Assembly: GCA_964482235.1 (NCBI GenBank)
Contig: CAYZWU010000028.1
Coordinates: 6,645 to 70,644, forward strand
DNA: 64,000 nt
Direction of reading: 5' to 3'
DNA from: an uncultured Phycisphaerales bacterium
Lineage (GTDB): Bacteria; Planctomycetota; B15-G4; CAYZWU01
In this document: positions 1-15,485 of the stretch, in pieces
Layout of the letters: each line of letters starts with the position of its first letter
How positions within the stretch are numbered: position 1 is the stretch's first letter
The notes under the pieces: generated by a model
Database searches by the model: none
Seen by the model: only the letters and a program-made list of their open reading frames with translations
What the model was told of the DNA's origin: nothing
Position numbers and translations under genes: made by a program

Positions 1-616
1 AACCGCCGCGGGACGTGCCGCCGGCGTGGAAGGCGCCGACCGATTCGCTCTGGTACCGCCTGATGTTGAACGGCTCGCCCGAACGGGTCGCCTCCCTGAG
101 CTTGATGGCGAAGGAAGCGCCGTCCGTGTATCCCGCAAGATCCTCCACGGGAAAGCCGATGCGGATCAGGGACTGCTTGATATCGCCTCGCATCCCCTCC
201 TTGACCACCACGCCGTTGTCCGCTTCCTCGACGAGGTACTTCTTGATCGACGTGTTCCGCCAGAGCTCGTGGAGAAGGCGCTCGTCGCTCGACGTGAGGA
301 CGATCCTGTCCTGATCCCGTTCCAGCTTGAGGAGGCCGAACTTCCGGATGTTCTCGCGGATGTCGCGCTCCACGTTCGGCGGCAGGGGATAGCGGCTCAT
401 GTCGCCGAGGAAGTTGATGATCGTCTCCTCGCCGTACCCCGCGGCCGCGGCGTTCCAGATTGAAAGAGGAGTGATGCGGAAGGTGTGGATGTGCTCGGGG
501 CTCTTCTCGAGCTCCGCGAAGAGGGACAGCATGTCCCTGGCATCGTGGAAGAGCGGATTGTCCACCTCGAGGAGCACGGTCCTGTCCGCCTGGACGATCA
601 GCGGCTTCTCGTACAT
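1..616 (-). CDS. xpb: Bacterial XPB/Rad25/Ssl2-family DNA helicase, 5' part only (runs off the left edge; absent from the ORF track)
   Basis: Manual translation from ATG at 616: MYEKPLIVQADRTVLLEVDNP...FAELEKSPEHIHTFRITPLSIWNAAAAG...IGFPVEDLAGYTDG...IRRYQ. This matches the N-terminal domain and Q-motif of bacterial XPB. No stop occurs before position 1. Confidence 0.85.
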   Translation of the reverse strand, partial: MYEKPLIVQADRTVLLEVDNPLFHDARDMLSLFAELEKSPEHIHTFRITPLSIWNAAAAGYGEETIINFLGDMSRYPLPPNVERDIRENIRKFGLLKLERDQDRIVLTSSDERLLHELWRNTSIKKYLVEEADNGVVVKEGMRGDIKQSLIRIGFPVEDLAGYTDGASFAIKLREATRSGEPFNIRRYQSESVGAFHAGGTSRGG

Positions 617-642
617 CACGTTCCCGGCTGTTCCCTGCTTGT

Positions 643-6504
<5,862 letters not shown>

Positions 6505-6936
6505 AAATCAGTCTCTTCCCTTGCGCGCTTGTCCTCAAGGGAGTAGGCGACCATCCTGCCGACCGAGCAGCAATCTGCCTATCCCGAACAATTTCGTCGG
6601 GCTAATGATTTTTTTTTGTCAATCATCGGCCGGGCGGTCGTCGGAAAGCGCAAGGTGTCATCTGATGTCTCAACTTTCCGGCTACCGCATAATCGCGCAA
6701 TGATACCTTACCGGCGGACTGGAATGAAACGCTTTTTTCTTGAATGGCATATTTGATGGGAAATGCCGCCCGGCGCCCCCACTCCCGGGCAATCAGCCGC
6801 AATCTTCTGTTTAAAATAGAATTATAGCCAATAAGATACAGCGCTCACATCGCAGATCAGCGCGAAACCTGCCCGCAGACGGCAGCAAGCGGGTGGTTTG
6901 GGCTTCATATGGATTAAATTTATTTAATCGAGAGAA

Positions 6937-8094
6937 TCAGCTGCCCTTTTCGCGGATCCGCGAGCCTCTGATCGTGACCTGGCTGAGGGTCTCGATCAGC
7001 TCGGTACGTACTCCCCCTACCCATCGGTCGATGTCCCTGCCGAGGGCCGGACCGATCGATTCGGCGAGGAGCTGAAAGGTGACGACGCTGGAGACGAAGA
7101 GCTCCGCCTCTGTCCGCCCCTTGGCCTCGAGAAATCCGATGTCCCGGGCTGTCGAATCGTCAACGGGCATCTTCTGCCCCACGACGAGGCGGCAGCAGCC
7201 CAGATCGCCGTATGGTCCGACCAGCTCGGCGGCCCGGCTGGCCGAAGCGTCGTCCGGACAGAGGAAGATGACCAGGGACTCGCCGCCCGTGAGGAAAAGC
7301 TCCAGGTGATTGAACTCCTCGAGGCACTGGTGCCGCGACGGGATGCTCATCTCGAGGAACTTGGCGGCCCCGTACATGGCCGCCGGACGCCAGGGACCGC
7401 TGCCGAGGATCGTCACGGCCTCGCGGCCGGAGACGGCGGCGGAAATCCATTCCGTCACGGCCCGCTGCTGCTGTTCGATGATCGACTCCGTCAGGTCCGG
7501 GATCTTCGAGAAGCTCTCGCGCAGCGCTCCCCCCGGCTCCAGCGCCTCGGCCACGAGCAGGAGCTCGGCAAACAGGGCAGCCAGGTAGGTCACCGTCTGC
7601 GGAACGTTGTAATGGTAACCGGCATAGGCGTGTTCATCGAGGCGATCGTTCGATCCCGTGGGCAGGCAGAGAACGGCATCGGCCTCCTTCGCAAAGTCCG
7701 AATCACCGTTTCCCGTCACGGCGACGACGCGGGCTCCCGCCCCGTGGGCCAGCCGTGCCGCCTCCATCGTCCGCGGCGTCCGTCCGGAGAAGCTGGCGGC
7801 GATCACCAGGTCGTGCTCGGTGAGGCGGCTCGATTCCCATCGCATCTCCATCGAGCTCAGCGCATGAACCGGCGCGACGGTTCCGGGATTCGAGCCAAGG
7901 TGCCGCATCAGCCCGGCCACGGCGCGGGCCGAGAAATCCATGTCCCCGCACCCTGCCAGGATCAGCCGTCCGCCCTCGGGAAGGCGAAGCTGATTCCGAT
8001 CCAGAAAGGCGGCCGCGGCCTCGGCGGTGCGCCGCAGGGCGCCGGGTTGGCTGTCGATCTCCTGCTTCATGAAGGATCCGGCCACGGGTTTCAC
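6937..8094 (-). CDS. SIS-domain sugar-phosphate isomerase/deaminase-like protein (GlmS C-terminal/AgaS/FrlB-like, no glutaminase domain)
   Basis: MKQEIDSQP start, SFSGRTPRT phosphate-binding loop, second SIS with GSGP and EEFNH. GTG start with a GGAG RBS overlapping the argS stop. Confidence 0.8.
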   Translation of the reverse strand: MKPVAGSFMKQEIDSQPGALRRTAEAAAAFLDRNQLRLPEGGRLILAGCGDMDFSARAVAGLMRHLGSNPGTVAPVHALSSMEMRWESSRLTEHDLVIAASFSGRTPRTMEAARLAHGAGARVVAVTGNGDSDFAKEADAVLCLPTGSNDRLDEHAYAGYHYNVPQTVTYLAALFAELLLVAEALEPGGALRESFSKIPDLTESIIEQQQRAVTEWISAAVSGREAVTILGSGPWRPAAMYGAAKFLEMSIPSRHQCLEEFNHLELFLTGGESLVIFLCPDDASASRAAELVGPYGDLGCCRLVVGQKMPVDDSTARDIGFLEAKGRTEAELFVSSVVTFQLLAESIGPALGRDIDRWVGGVRTELIETLSQVTIRGSRIREKGS

Positions 8095-8096
8095 TC

Positions 8097-9896
8097 CTAC
8101 ATCTTCTTCAGCGATTCGATGGTGAGCGCGGCCAACCCATCCTCGAGAACGGCCAGCACGCGGGAACAGAGCTCGAGGCGGACAGGCCGAACAGCCTCGG
8201 GAGCCCTCAGAACGGGGCAGGTCCGGTGGAAGCGGCTCACGTCCTTGGCCAGTCCGAGGAGATAGCCGGCAAGAACCGACGGGTCGAACTCCCGCGCGGC
8301 TCGCTGCATCGCTTCGGGGTAGATCCCGCAGGAGAGGGCGAGCGCCCGCTCCTCCGGCTCACCCAGAAGCCCCCAGTCGAAACTCGCCCGGGCGTCGCGG
8401 TCTCCGGCCTTGGCCAGGATCGAGTGAAGACGCGCGCAGGCATACTGGACATAGCTGCCCGTATCGCCCTCGAAGCGGACCGATTCCTCGGGATTGAACA
8501 GGACCCTCGACCGGGGATTGAATCTCAGCAGCATGAACTTCAACGCGCCCTGGCCGATGACCCGGCAGCGGTGCTCGAGGTCCGGCGGCGGATCCTCCCC
8601 CGGCTGGAGGCGCTCCATGCAGCCGGCCCTGGCCAGCCCCTCCATCTCGTCGAGGAGGTCGTCGGCATCGACAACCGTGCCCTCGCGGCTCTTCATCTTG
8701 CCGCTCGGGAGATCGACCATCCCGTAGGCCAGGTGGAAGCAGTCGTCGGCACGTGAGAAGCCCAGCTTTTTCAGGACGGTGAAGAGCACCTTGAAGTGGT
8801 GGATCTGCTCGTCCCCCACGACCCAGATCTGCCGGTCCGGCTCGAACTCGTCCTGCTTGAGCAAGGTGGTCCCGAGATCCTGGGTCATGTAGACGCTCGT
8901 GCCGTCCGACCGGAGCAGGATCTTGCGCCCCAGCTTCTCCGCCTCGAGGTCAGCCTCCACAGCCCCGTCGTCGCGACGGATCAGAAGCCCCTGCTCGACC
9001 CCCTTCTCGACAACATCCCTGCCGCGGAGGTAGGTGTCGCTCTCCAGGTAGATCTTGTCGAAGCTGATCCCCATGCGGCGATAGGTTTCCCGGAAGCCGT
9101 CGAGGACCCAGCCGTTCATCCCCTGCCAGAGCTTGCGTACCTCCGGATCGCTCTTCTCCCAGAGGACGAGCATCTCCTGCGTGGCGGCGCCGAGCTCGGT
9201 CTCGAGAAAGAGGGCATCGTCCTTTGTGCCCTCGAGAGCGGGATCAGCTTTTCTCAACGCCTCCAGCTGGCTCTTGAGCGCCCTGTCGTATCGGACATAG
9301 TAACCACCGACGAAGTGGTCGCCCTTCGTGCCGGTCGACTCCGGCGTGGCACCCTCGCCCCATCGCTGGTAGGCGATCATCGACTTGCAGATGTGAATCC
9401 CCCGGTCGTTCACCAGGTTGACAGAGAAGACCGTGTGCCCCACGCGCTTCAGGATCGCCGCCATGGCCGCGCCGATCGTGTTGTTCCGGACATGGCCGAG
9501 ATGCTGCGGCTTGTTCGTGTTGGGAGCCGAGAACTCGATCAGGATCCTGCCGCGCTCCTCCGGGGCCAGGGCAACGGCTCCGAGCAGGGCCTCCCCGTCA
9601 GCCGTCGTGTCGCGGAACAGGGCGCCCGGCTTCAGGACCACGTTCACGAAGGCCTTGATGCTCGACGTCTTCTCCACGTCGTCGTGGCTGTCGAGGAAAG
9701 CGGCCACCCTGCCGGCCAGCTCGATCGGGTTCGCCTTGAGGCTCTTGGCGAACCGGAAGCAGTTGATCGTGATATCGCCCTCCTGGTCGGGCGGGCAGAT
9801 CTCGTGGCGGATAGCCGGAGGCTTCGCCTGCTTCCCGCCTTGGCCGGCGGCATCCTGGCCCGCTAGCCACGATTCGAGGTCCTTCACGCATTGCAT
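8097..9896 (-). CDS. argS: Arginine--tRNA ligase
   Basis: EFSAPNTNKPQHLGH (HIGH), GKMKSREG, and EGDTGSYVQYACARLHSIL anticodon domain. Start re-assigned to ATG 9896 (GGAG RBS upstream). Confidence 0.97.
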   Translation of the reverse strand: MQCVKDLESWLAGQDAAGQGGKQAKPPAIRHEICPPDQEGDITINCFRFAKSLKANPIELAGRVAAFLDSHDDVEKTSSIKAFVNVVLKPGALFRDTTADGEALLGAVALAPEERGRILIEFSAPNTNKPQHLGHVRNNTIGAAMAAILKRVGHTVFSVNLVNDRGIHICKSMIAYQRWGEGATPESTGTKGDHFVGGYYVRYDRALKSQLEALRKADPALEGTKDDALFLETELGAATQEMLVLWEKSDPEVRKLWQGMNGWVLDGFRETYRRMGISFDKIYLESDTYLRGRDVVEKGVEQGLLIRRDDGAVEADLEAEKLGRKILLRSDGTSVYMTQDLGTTLLKQDEFEPDRQIWVVGDEQIHHFKVLFTVLKKLGFSRADDCFHLAYGMVDLPSGKMKSREGTVVDADDLLDEMEGLARAGCMERLQPGEDPPPDLEHRCRVIGQGALKFMLLRFNPRSRVLFNPEESVRFEGDTGSYVQYACARLHSILAKAGDRDARASFDWGLLGEPEERALALSCGIYPEAMQRAAREFDPSVLAGYLLGLAKDVSRFHRTCPVLRAPEAVRPVRLELCSRVLAVLEDGLAALTIESLKKM

Positions 9897-9971
9897 CGGT
9901 CTGTTCTCTCCTTCTTGCCGCACGGCACGGCGATCCGCTCCGGCCGGGGGCGGCCGCCTCTGCCCGATTCT

Positions 9972-11483
9972 CTATCCCCTGTCCAGCACCGCACGGCAGA
10001 TATTGTCCTGGACCATCTTCATTTCGCTGTTTCTTCCCTTGTAGCCGTTGAACAGGATCGAGAAGGAGTAGACCGCGCCGCTCTTTGACTGGATGTAGCC
10101 GGTCAGTGCGGAGACCTCGCGAATCCATCCCGTCTTGGCCCTGATCCGTCTACGGTAGTTCTCCTCGGTCATCCGCTTCTTCAGGCTGCCGTCCGTGCCG
10201 GAGATCGGCAGGGAGCGGATGAATACATCGCGCATCGGCGTCTTGTAGAGGGCGGCGAGCAGGGAGGCAAGAGTGTGGGCGGAGAAGCGGTTGCCCCGCG
10301 AGAGCCCCGACCCGTCGACGATGGTGAAGGGGTCGGCGTCCCGCACACCGATGCCGCTGAAGAGGCGTTTCACCGCCGCGGCTCCGGTCTCGAACGTCCC
10401 CTTCCCCTCGACCTTCCAGCCGGCCAGCTTGAAGAGGTGCTCCGCGCAGTTGTTGTGGCTCTCCTTGTTCGTCACCAGGACGACGGCGGAAAGGCTCGAT
10501 CCGATCGAGCCGAGCTTGCGGCAGCGTTGCCCGGCGTAGGGCACCGGACGGTCGACGAGAACGCACCGCCCATCCACATTGATCCCCTGGCGGCGAAGCT
10601 CGTGGAGGAACACGGCGCCGAAATAGAGGGGCGGAACCGACACGCTGACCCTGTCGCTCCAGGGCGGATTGCCGTGCCATGTCTCCCCGCGGACCGGCAG
10701 ATCCCCGTTGGGCCGGGGCCGGCTGATGTGAATCGTGTTCTTCCCTTTCTTGGAGACCGTCTTGACGATGCCGACGGGAGAGAAAGGCGTTCCGGGCGGG
10801 AAGAGGCTCAGCACCGCACCGGCGCCCGCCCTTCTTGACGGGGTCACGGTGAGGCGGAACACGTTCTCCATGAACGAGAGGCCGGAAACGGGAGCGCAGT
10901 AGTAGTAGCAGAGCTGGTCCGACGGCCACTGGGGCGACGTGTAGACGCGATCGAAGCAGCTGTCGTCGAGCAGCAGATCTCCCGTCACCTGGGTGATTCC
11001 CGCCTTCTTCAGATAGCCGGCCAGGGTCCGCAGGGGCGCCACGTCGTCGCCGTCGAAGAAGCGGCCGCTCAGGCAGGGATCGCCGCCTCCCCGCACGACG
11101 AGATCACCCCGCAGCCTGCTTCCTTCCTGAACACCCAGGGCGTAAAGGGTCGTTTCGATCCGATACTTCTCCCCGAGATGGAAAAGCGCCGACGCCGTGG
11201 AGACGAGCTTGTTGTTCGACGCAACGATGAGCGGCGTCCGGGCGTTCCGCGAGTAGATCGCCTTGCCGCCGTCCAGCGAACGGATCTCCACGCCGATCGT
11301 CGCACCCCTGAGGTTCGGATGCTCGAGAAGCCTGTCGACGGTTTGGCCGAAGGTTTCCGCCGGCGCCGTCGGGGCCAGGACGGACAGAAGCAGCAGAACA
11401 GCTGCCAGGACCGAAATCGATGATGCGATGCCCGGCCGTGTCGAGCGGCGGCTTCCTCCAGCAGGCCGCCTCGTCGAGATCAT
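9972..11483 (-). CDS. dacB: D-alanyl-D-alanine carboxypeptidase/endopeptidase PBP4 (peptidase S13)
   Basis: Signal peptide, SxxK (ASNNK), SxN (ESHN), KTG (AKTGW), and GGGDP and DGSGLSR motifs. ATG 11483 overlaps the upstream TGA (ATGA) and has a GGAGG RBS. Confidence 0.93.
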   Translation of the reverse strand: MISTRRPAGGSRRSTRPGIASSISVLAAVLLLLSVLAPTAPAETFGQTVDRLLEHPNLRGATIGVEIRSLDGGKAIYSRNARTPLIVASNNKLVSTASALFHLGEKYRIETTLYALGVQEGSRLRGDLVVRGGGDPCLSGRFFDGDDVAPLRTLAGYLKKAGITQVTGDLLLDDSCFDRVYTSPQWPSDQLCYYYCAPVSGLSFMENVFRLTVTPSRRAGAGAVLSLFPPGTPFSPVGIVKTVSKKGKNTIHISRPRPNGDLPVRGETWHGNPPWSDRVSVSVPPLYFGAVFLHELRRQGINVDGRCVLVDRPVPYAGQRCRKLGSIGSSLSAVVLVTNKESHNNCAEHLFKLAGWKVEGKGTFETGAAAVKRLFSGIGVRDADPFTIVDGSGLSRGNRFSAHTLASLLAALYKTPMRDVFIRSLPISGTDGSLKKRMTEENYRRRIRAKTGWIREVSALTGYIQSKSGAVYSFSILFNGYKGRNSEMKMVQDNICRAVLDRG

Positions 11484-12259
11484 GCCTTTCCTCCCTTCAG
11501 GTCGAATCGATCGCCATCCTCCGCCACCGTGCACGGTCCATCGAACCGCTGGGCCACCGCATCGAGCGCCGCCTGTGCATCGACAGGCGGATAGAGATGA
11601 TAGAGCACGAGTCGGCGCGGCATCGCAGCCGCTGCGGCCTCGCCCGCCTCGGCGGGACACAGGTGGCCCGGCGTCCCCTTGTACGCGTCGGGAACGGAAC
11701 ATTCGAGCAGAAAAAGATCAGCCGTCCGGCCGAGCTCGATCAGCGTCTCGGACGGCCCGGTGTCGCCGCTGACGGCCGCGACACCGTCCGGGTATTCGAA
11801 TCTGTACCCCAGCGAGTCGACAAGGTGCGGCAGGTGAAAGGCCGCGCCGGTCATTCCGGTCGCCGGCGGCAGGGCGCCGACGCCGAGCTCCTCGATCTGC
11901 AGGTCCTCTTCAGGTGCCTTCACCCACCTCCCGTAGAGTTCCACGATCTTTCGGTAGAACTCCTTCGTGCCCGCCGGTCCGGCAAGAACGAGTCTCTCGA
12001 GCTCAGGTTTCAGAAGCACGCTGTGGCGGGCGAAAAGCAGGCTGATCAGGTCGATCGTGTGGTCCGGATGCAGGTGAGTGAGAAAAACCGTCCTGATCGA
12101 GGCCACGGCAGCGCCCTGGCAGACCGCTCGATGGAGCGCACCGGGGCCGGGATCGATCAACACGAAGCTTCCGCTGTCTTCCCGGATCAGCAGTCCGGGG
12201 GGGGACCGCCGGGCAGCAGGCACCCCGGTGCCGGAACCGAGGACCTGGAGAGAGGTCAT
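11480..12259 (-). CDS. MBL-fold metallo-hydrolase, RNase Z/BN-like (short, arm-less)
   Basis: LGSGTGVP, HLHPDH (HxHxDH), SGDTG, ECS, GHL and LYHLYP motifs. Start re-assigned to ATG 12259. Confidence 0.85.
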   Translation of the reverse strand: MTSLQVLGSGTGVPAARRSPPGLLIREDSGSFVLIDPGPGALHRAVCQGAAVASIRTVFLTHLHPDHTIDLISLLFARHSVLLKPELERLVLAGPAGTKEFYRKIVELYGRWVKAPEEDLQIEELGVGALPPATGMTGAAFHLPHLVDSLGYRFEYPDGVAAVSGDTGPSETLIELGRTADLFLLECSVPDAYKGTPGHLCPAEAGEAAAAAMPRRLVLYHLYPPVDAQAALDAVAQRFDGPCTVAEDGDRFDLKGGKA

Positions 12260-12261
12260 GA

Positions 12262-13239
12262 TCAGTATCCCTCCGGATGCTTTTCCAGCCAATCCCACGC
12301 CGTCCTGACGATGACATCGAGGTCGGGGCAGACGCAGCGCCACCCCAGTTCCTTCCTGGCGCGGGTGGCGTCAGCCACCAGGACGGCCGGATCGCCGGGC
12401 CGGGCCGGACCGATCTCGGACCTGAAATCCCGGCCGGACACGGCCCGTATCTTGTCCACGACCTCGGCGACGGTGAACCCTTTGCCGTTACCCAGGTTGA
12501 ACGAGCGGCTTGGCCCGTTGTCCCGGAGATGGTCGAGCGCCAGGGCGTGCGCCTCGGCCAGGTCGTCGACGTGAATGAAATCGCGGACGCACGTTCCGTC
12601 AGGCGTGTCGAATTCGCCGCCGTTGATCACGAACTTCTCGATCTTGCCGAGGGCGGCATAGATGGCCAGGGGAATCAGGTGCGTTTCCGGATCGTGCCAC
12701 TCGCCGAGGATCCCCTCCTGGTCGGATCCCGCGGCGTTGAAGTAGCGCAGAGCCACGTACCGGATTCCGTGGGCCACCTCGAAGTCGTGGAGCATCTGCT
12801 CCATGATCAGCTTGGTCCTGCCGTAGGGGTTGATCGGTTCCTGCGGCATCTCCTCGGTGATCGGATTGCCGGGCGGGATGCCGAAGGTGGCGGCGGACGA
12901 GGAGAAGATGATCTTGTCCACCCCCGCGCGGAGCATCGCCTCGAGGACGCGCAGCGTTCCGGCCACGTTGTTGTGGTAGTACTTGGCCGGCAGCTCAACG
13001 GACTCGCCCACGTAGCAGTGTGCCGCGAAATGGATCACGGCCTCGACCTTGTACTGCTCCATCACACCGGCCAGCCGGTCCACGTCGGAGATGTCTCCCT
13101 CTTCGAGGGGTGCGTCGAGCACGGCTTCACGGTGGCCCTGGCTCAGATCGTCGTAGACAACGACCTTGTCGCCCCTCTTCAGAAGCCTCTTCACCGTATG
13201 GCTGCCGATGTATCCGGCGCCTCCAAGGACGAGAATCAT
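12262..13239 (-). CDS. galE: UDP-glucose 4-epimerase
   Basis: GGAGYIGSH, FSSSAATFG, YGRTK (YxxxK), LRYFNAAG and DGTCVRDFIHV motifs. Confidence 0.95.
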   Translation of the reverse strand: MILVLGGAGYIGSHTVKRLLKRGDKVVVYDDLSQGHREAVLDAPLEEGDISDVDRLAGVMEQYKVEAVIHFAAHCYVGESVELPAKYYHNNVAGTLRVLEAMLRAGVDKIIFSSSAATFGIPPGNPITEEMPQEPINPYGRTKLIMEQMLHDFEVAHGIRYVALRYFNAAGSDQEGILGEWHDPETHLIPLAIYAALGKIEKFVINGGEFDTPDGTCVRDFIHVDDLAEAHALALDHLRDNGPSRSFNLGNGKGFTVAEVVDKIRAVSGRDFRSEIGPARPGDPAVLVADATRARKELGWRCVCPDLDVIVRTAWDWLEKHPEGY

Positions 13240-13376
13240 GGGATGGCTCCATTAAAAAAGGACAATTTACTGAAAAGATACCGGATCGTCCAATCAGGAA
13301 CGGATGCACTTTTGATTTCTTCCTTCTCTTTTTTTAACATCTGGTCTTCGCAAAGAGAAAAAGAGAACATCTTAAA

Positions 13377-13892
13377 ATGGAAAACAGCATAAAGATCTCG
13401 TCGGATGCCGTGGGCACGATCCTGAAGGGGTATCGGGTCCCCGATTTCGAGAAGACATTCGCTCTCCCGCGCCTGCTCGGCGGAGAGATCAGCTTTCGCC
13501 TGACGCTCGAGGATCTTGTCGTCGGGCGCGACAGGATCGACATCCCCCTGAAGAACGATTCCAGGATGATCCCCGATCTGGCCCTGTCGTGCCGCGGCTT
13601 CACCCTCGACGGGGACAGGCTGGTCTTCGGGTGGGAGATCAGCGTCCCCGACTCCGCTGTCGGAGGCCTGATGCAGGGGCCGCTGAACGCCGCCCTGAAA
13701 AAAAAGCTATCCTCCCCATTGAACAATGGCGGCCGTTTGCTTGAAATCGATGGGGATCGCGCCTCGCTCGACGCGGTGCGCCTTCTCAGGCGGTGGCTTC
13801 CGGAGAGTCTCGGCCTCCGGATCCGATCAATCGAGATAAACGAATCCATAGAGATTGTCTTCGATCCCATGCTGGAGGAAACGAACCGATGA
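13377..13892 (+). CDS. Hypothetical protein (171 aa), translationally coupled to purC
   Basis: The ORF fills the gap, and its stop overlaps the purC ATG (ATGA). No recognised motif. Confidence 0.7.
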   Translation: MENSIKISSDAVGTILKGYRVPDFEKTFALPRLLGGEISFRLTLEDLVVGRDRIDIPLKNDSRMIPDLALSCRGFTLDGDRLVFGWEISVPDSAVGGLMQGPLNAALKKKLSSPLNNGGRLLEIDGDRASLDAVRLLRRWLPESLGLRIRSIEINESIEIVFDPMLEETNR

Positions 13893-14773
13893 CAGAATCC
13901 CTCCTTTTCGAAATTGAGTTGAAGAACCTCGAGCTTGTCAACCGCGGCAAGGTTCGGGACATCTTCCTGGCCGGCGATGACCTCCTGCTCGTTGCCACCG
14001 ACCGGATCTCGGCATTCGATTGCGTTCTGCCCGATCCGATCCCCGGCAAGGGAGAGGTTCTCACCGCCCTCTCGCTGTTCTGGTTCCGCTTTCTCGAGGA
14101 CATCATCCCCAACCATCTCATCACCGATGACATGAGCCGGGTGAAGGGGCTGACGACCGAGGAAGCCGGACTCCTGCAAGGGCGGGCGATCCTGGTGCGG
14201 CGGGCCAAGCCGCTTCCGGCCGAGTTCATCGTGCGCGGCTACATGGCCGGCTCGGGATGGATCGAGTACCAGAAGAAGGGAACGATCTGCGGCATCCCGC
14301 TCCCCGAGGGGCTGCTCCTGTCGAGCCGGCTCGAGAAGCCGATCATGACGCCTTCCACCAAGGCGGAGCAGGGGCTGCACGACGAGAACATCTCCATCGA
14401 GAAGCTCTGCGAGATCGTGGGGACCGATGTGGCGCGGCAGGCGGAGAAAGCGGCGCTCGAGATCTTCAGCCGCGCGTCGGAGCATGCCGCGTCGCGAGGA
14501 TTCATCCTCTGCGACACCAAGTTCGAGTTCGGCTTCTACGACGGCAAGCTGATGCTGATCGACGAGGTTCTCACACCCGACTCGTCCCGTTTCTGGCCCA
14601 GCGACGGCTACGAGCCCGGCCGCGCCCAGGAAGCCTTCGACAAGCAGTATGTTCGCGACCACCTGCTCGGTTGCGACTGGAACAAGACCCCGCCGGCACC
14701 GGCCCTGCCGGACGACGTGATCGCGGGGACCACACGGAAATACATGGAAGCGATGGAACGCTTGACCCGTTGA
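13889..14773 (+). CDS. purC: SAICAR synthetase
   Basis: [39 protein letters not shown] and [12 protein letters not shown] motifs. Start at ATG 13889 with a GGAGG RBS. Confidence 0.97.
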   Translation: MTESLLFEIELKNLELVNRGKVRDIFLAGDDLLLVATDRISAFDCVLPDPIPGKGEVLTALSLFWFRFLEDIIPNHLITDDMSRVKGLTTEEAGLLQGRAILVRRAKPLPAEFIVRGYMAGSGWIEYQKKGTICGIPLPEGLLLSSRLEKPIMTPSTKAEQGLHDENISIEKLCEIVGTDVARQAEKAALEIFSRASEHAASRGFILCDTKFEFGFYDGKLMLIDEVLTPDSSRFWPSDGYEPGRAQEAFDKQYVRDHLLGCDWNKTPPAPALPDDVIAGTTRKYMEAMERLTR

Positions 14774-14792
14774 CGGAAAGGAAGGATTGACG

Positions 14793-15302
14793 ATGAAGAA
14801 ACGGCGCGTGGCAGTGATCATGGGATCCGATTCCGACCTCCCCCAGCTCGAGGGATGCCTGGCGGCACTCGAAGATTTCGGCGTCCCCCACGAGGTGAGG
14901 GTTCTGTCGGCTCATCGCACGCCGGACGATGCCGCCCAGTTTGCCGATGAGGCGGAACGAAGGGGATTCGGCGTCATCATCGCGGCCGCAGGCGGCGCGG
15001 CGCACCTGGCGGGCGCCCTGGCTGCCCGGACGATCCTTCCCGTGATCGGGGTGCCCATCGGCGGAACTTCGCTTTCCGGTCTGGATTCGCTGCTCTCCAC
15101 GGTGCAGATGCCGGGCGGCATCCCCGTGGCCACCGTGGCGATCGGTAAGGCGGGCGGAACCAATGCGGCCCTGCTGGCCCTCGAGATCCTGGCCCTGTCG
15201 GATCCCGATATCCGGAAGAAGCTGAAGCAGCACCGCCGCAGCCAGGCACGCAAGGTGAGACAGAAGGACACCGGGCTGGCCCGCCGCATCAAAAAGCAAT
15301 AA
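14793..15302 (+). CDS. purE: N5-carboxyaminoimidazole ribonucleotide mutase
   Basis: [22 protein letters not shown] and [17 protein letters not shown] motifs. Confidence 0.97.
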   Translation: MKKRRVAVIMGSDSDLPQLEGCLAALEDFGVPHEVRVLSAHRTPDDAAQFADEAERRGFGVIIAAAGGAAHLAGALAARTILPVIGVPIGGTSLSGLDSLLSTVQMPGGIPVATVAIGKAGGTNAALLALEILALSDPDIRKKLKQHRRSQARKVRQKDTGLARRIKKQ

Positions 15303-15485
15303 CCTGCTGCATATTCACAAGTTAAGACATCGAGAGCAGGTAGTTCTTCTCTGAAGGTTTCTGCAACTCTTAACAAGGCCGAAACTCAAGCGTCCCGGCT
15401 GAACAACCGATAAGACCGTAAGCATATATTAGCTGCTGCGGTACCTGTCAGGCAATCGGGTCGCAAGGCGGCTCAGAGGGAAAGA

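Noticed and set aside
6505-6936. Possible LexA/SOS box upstream of uvrA
   Set aside because: CTGT...ACAG is spaced by 27 nt rather than 8, and no GAAC-N4-GTTC or TGTTC-N4-GAACA match was found by eye.
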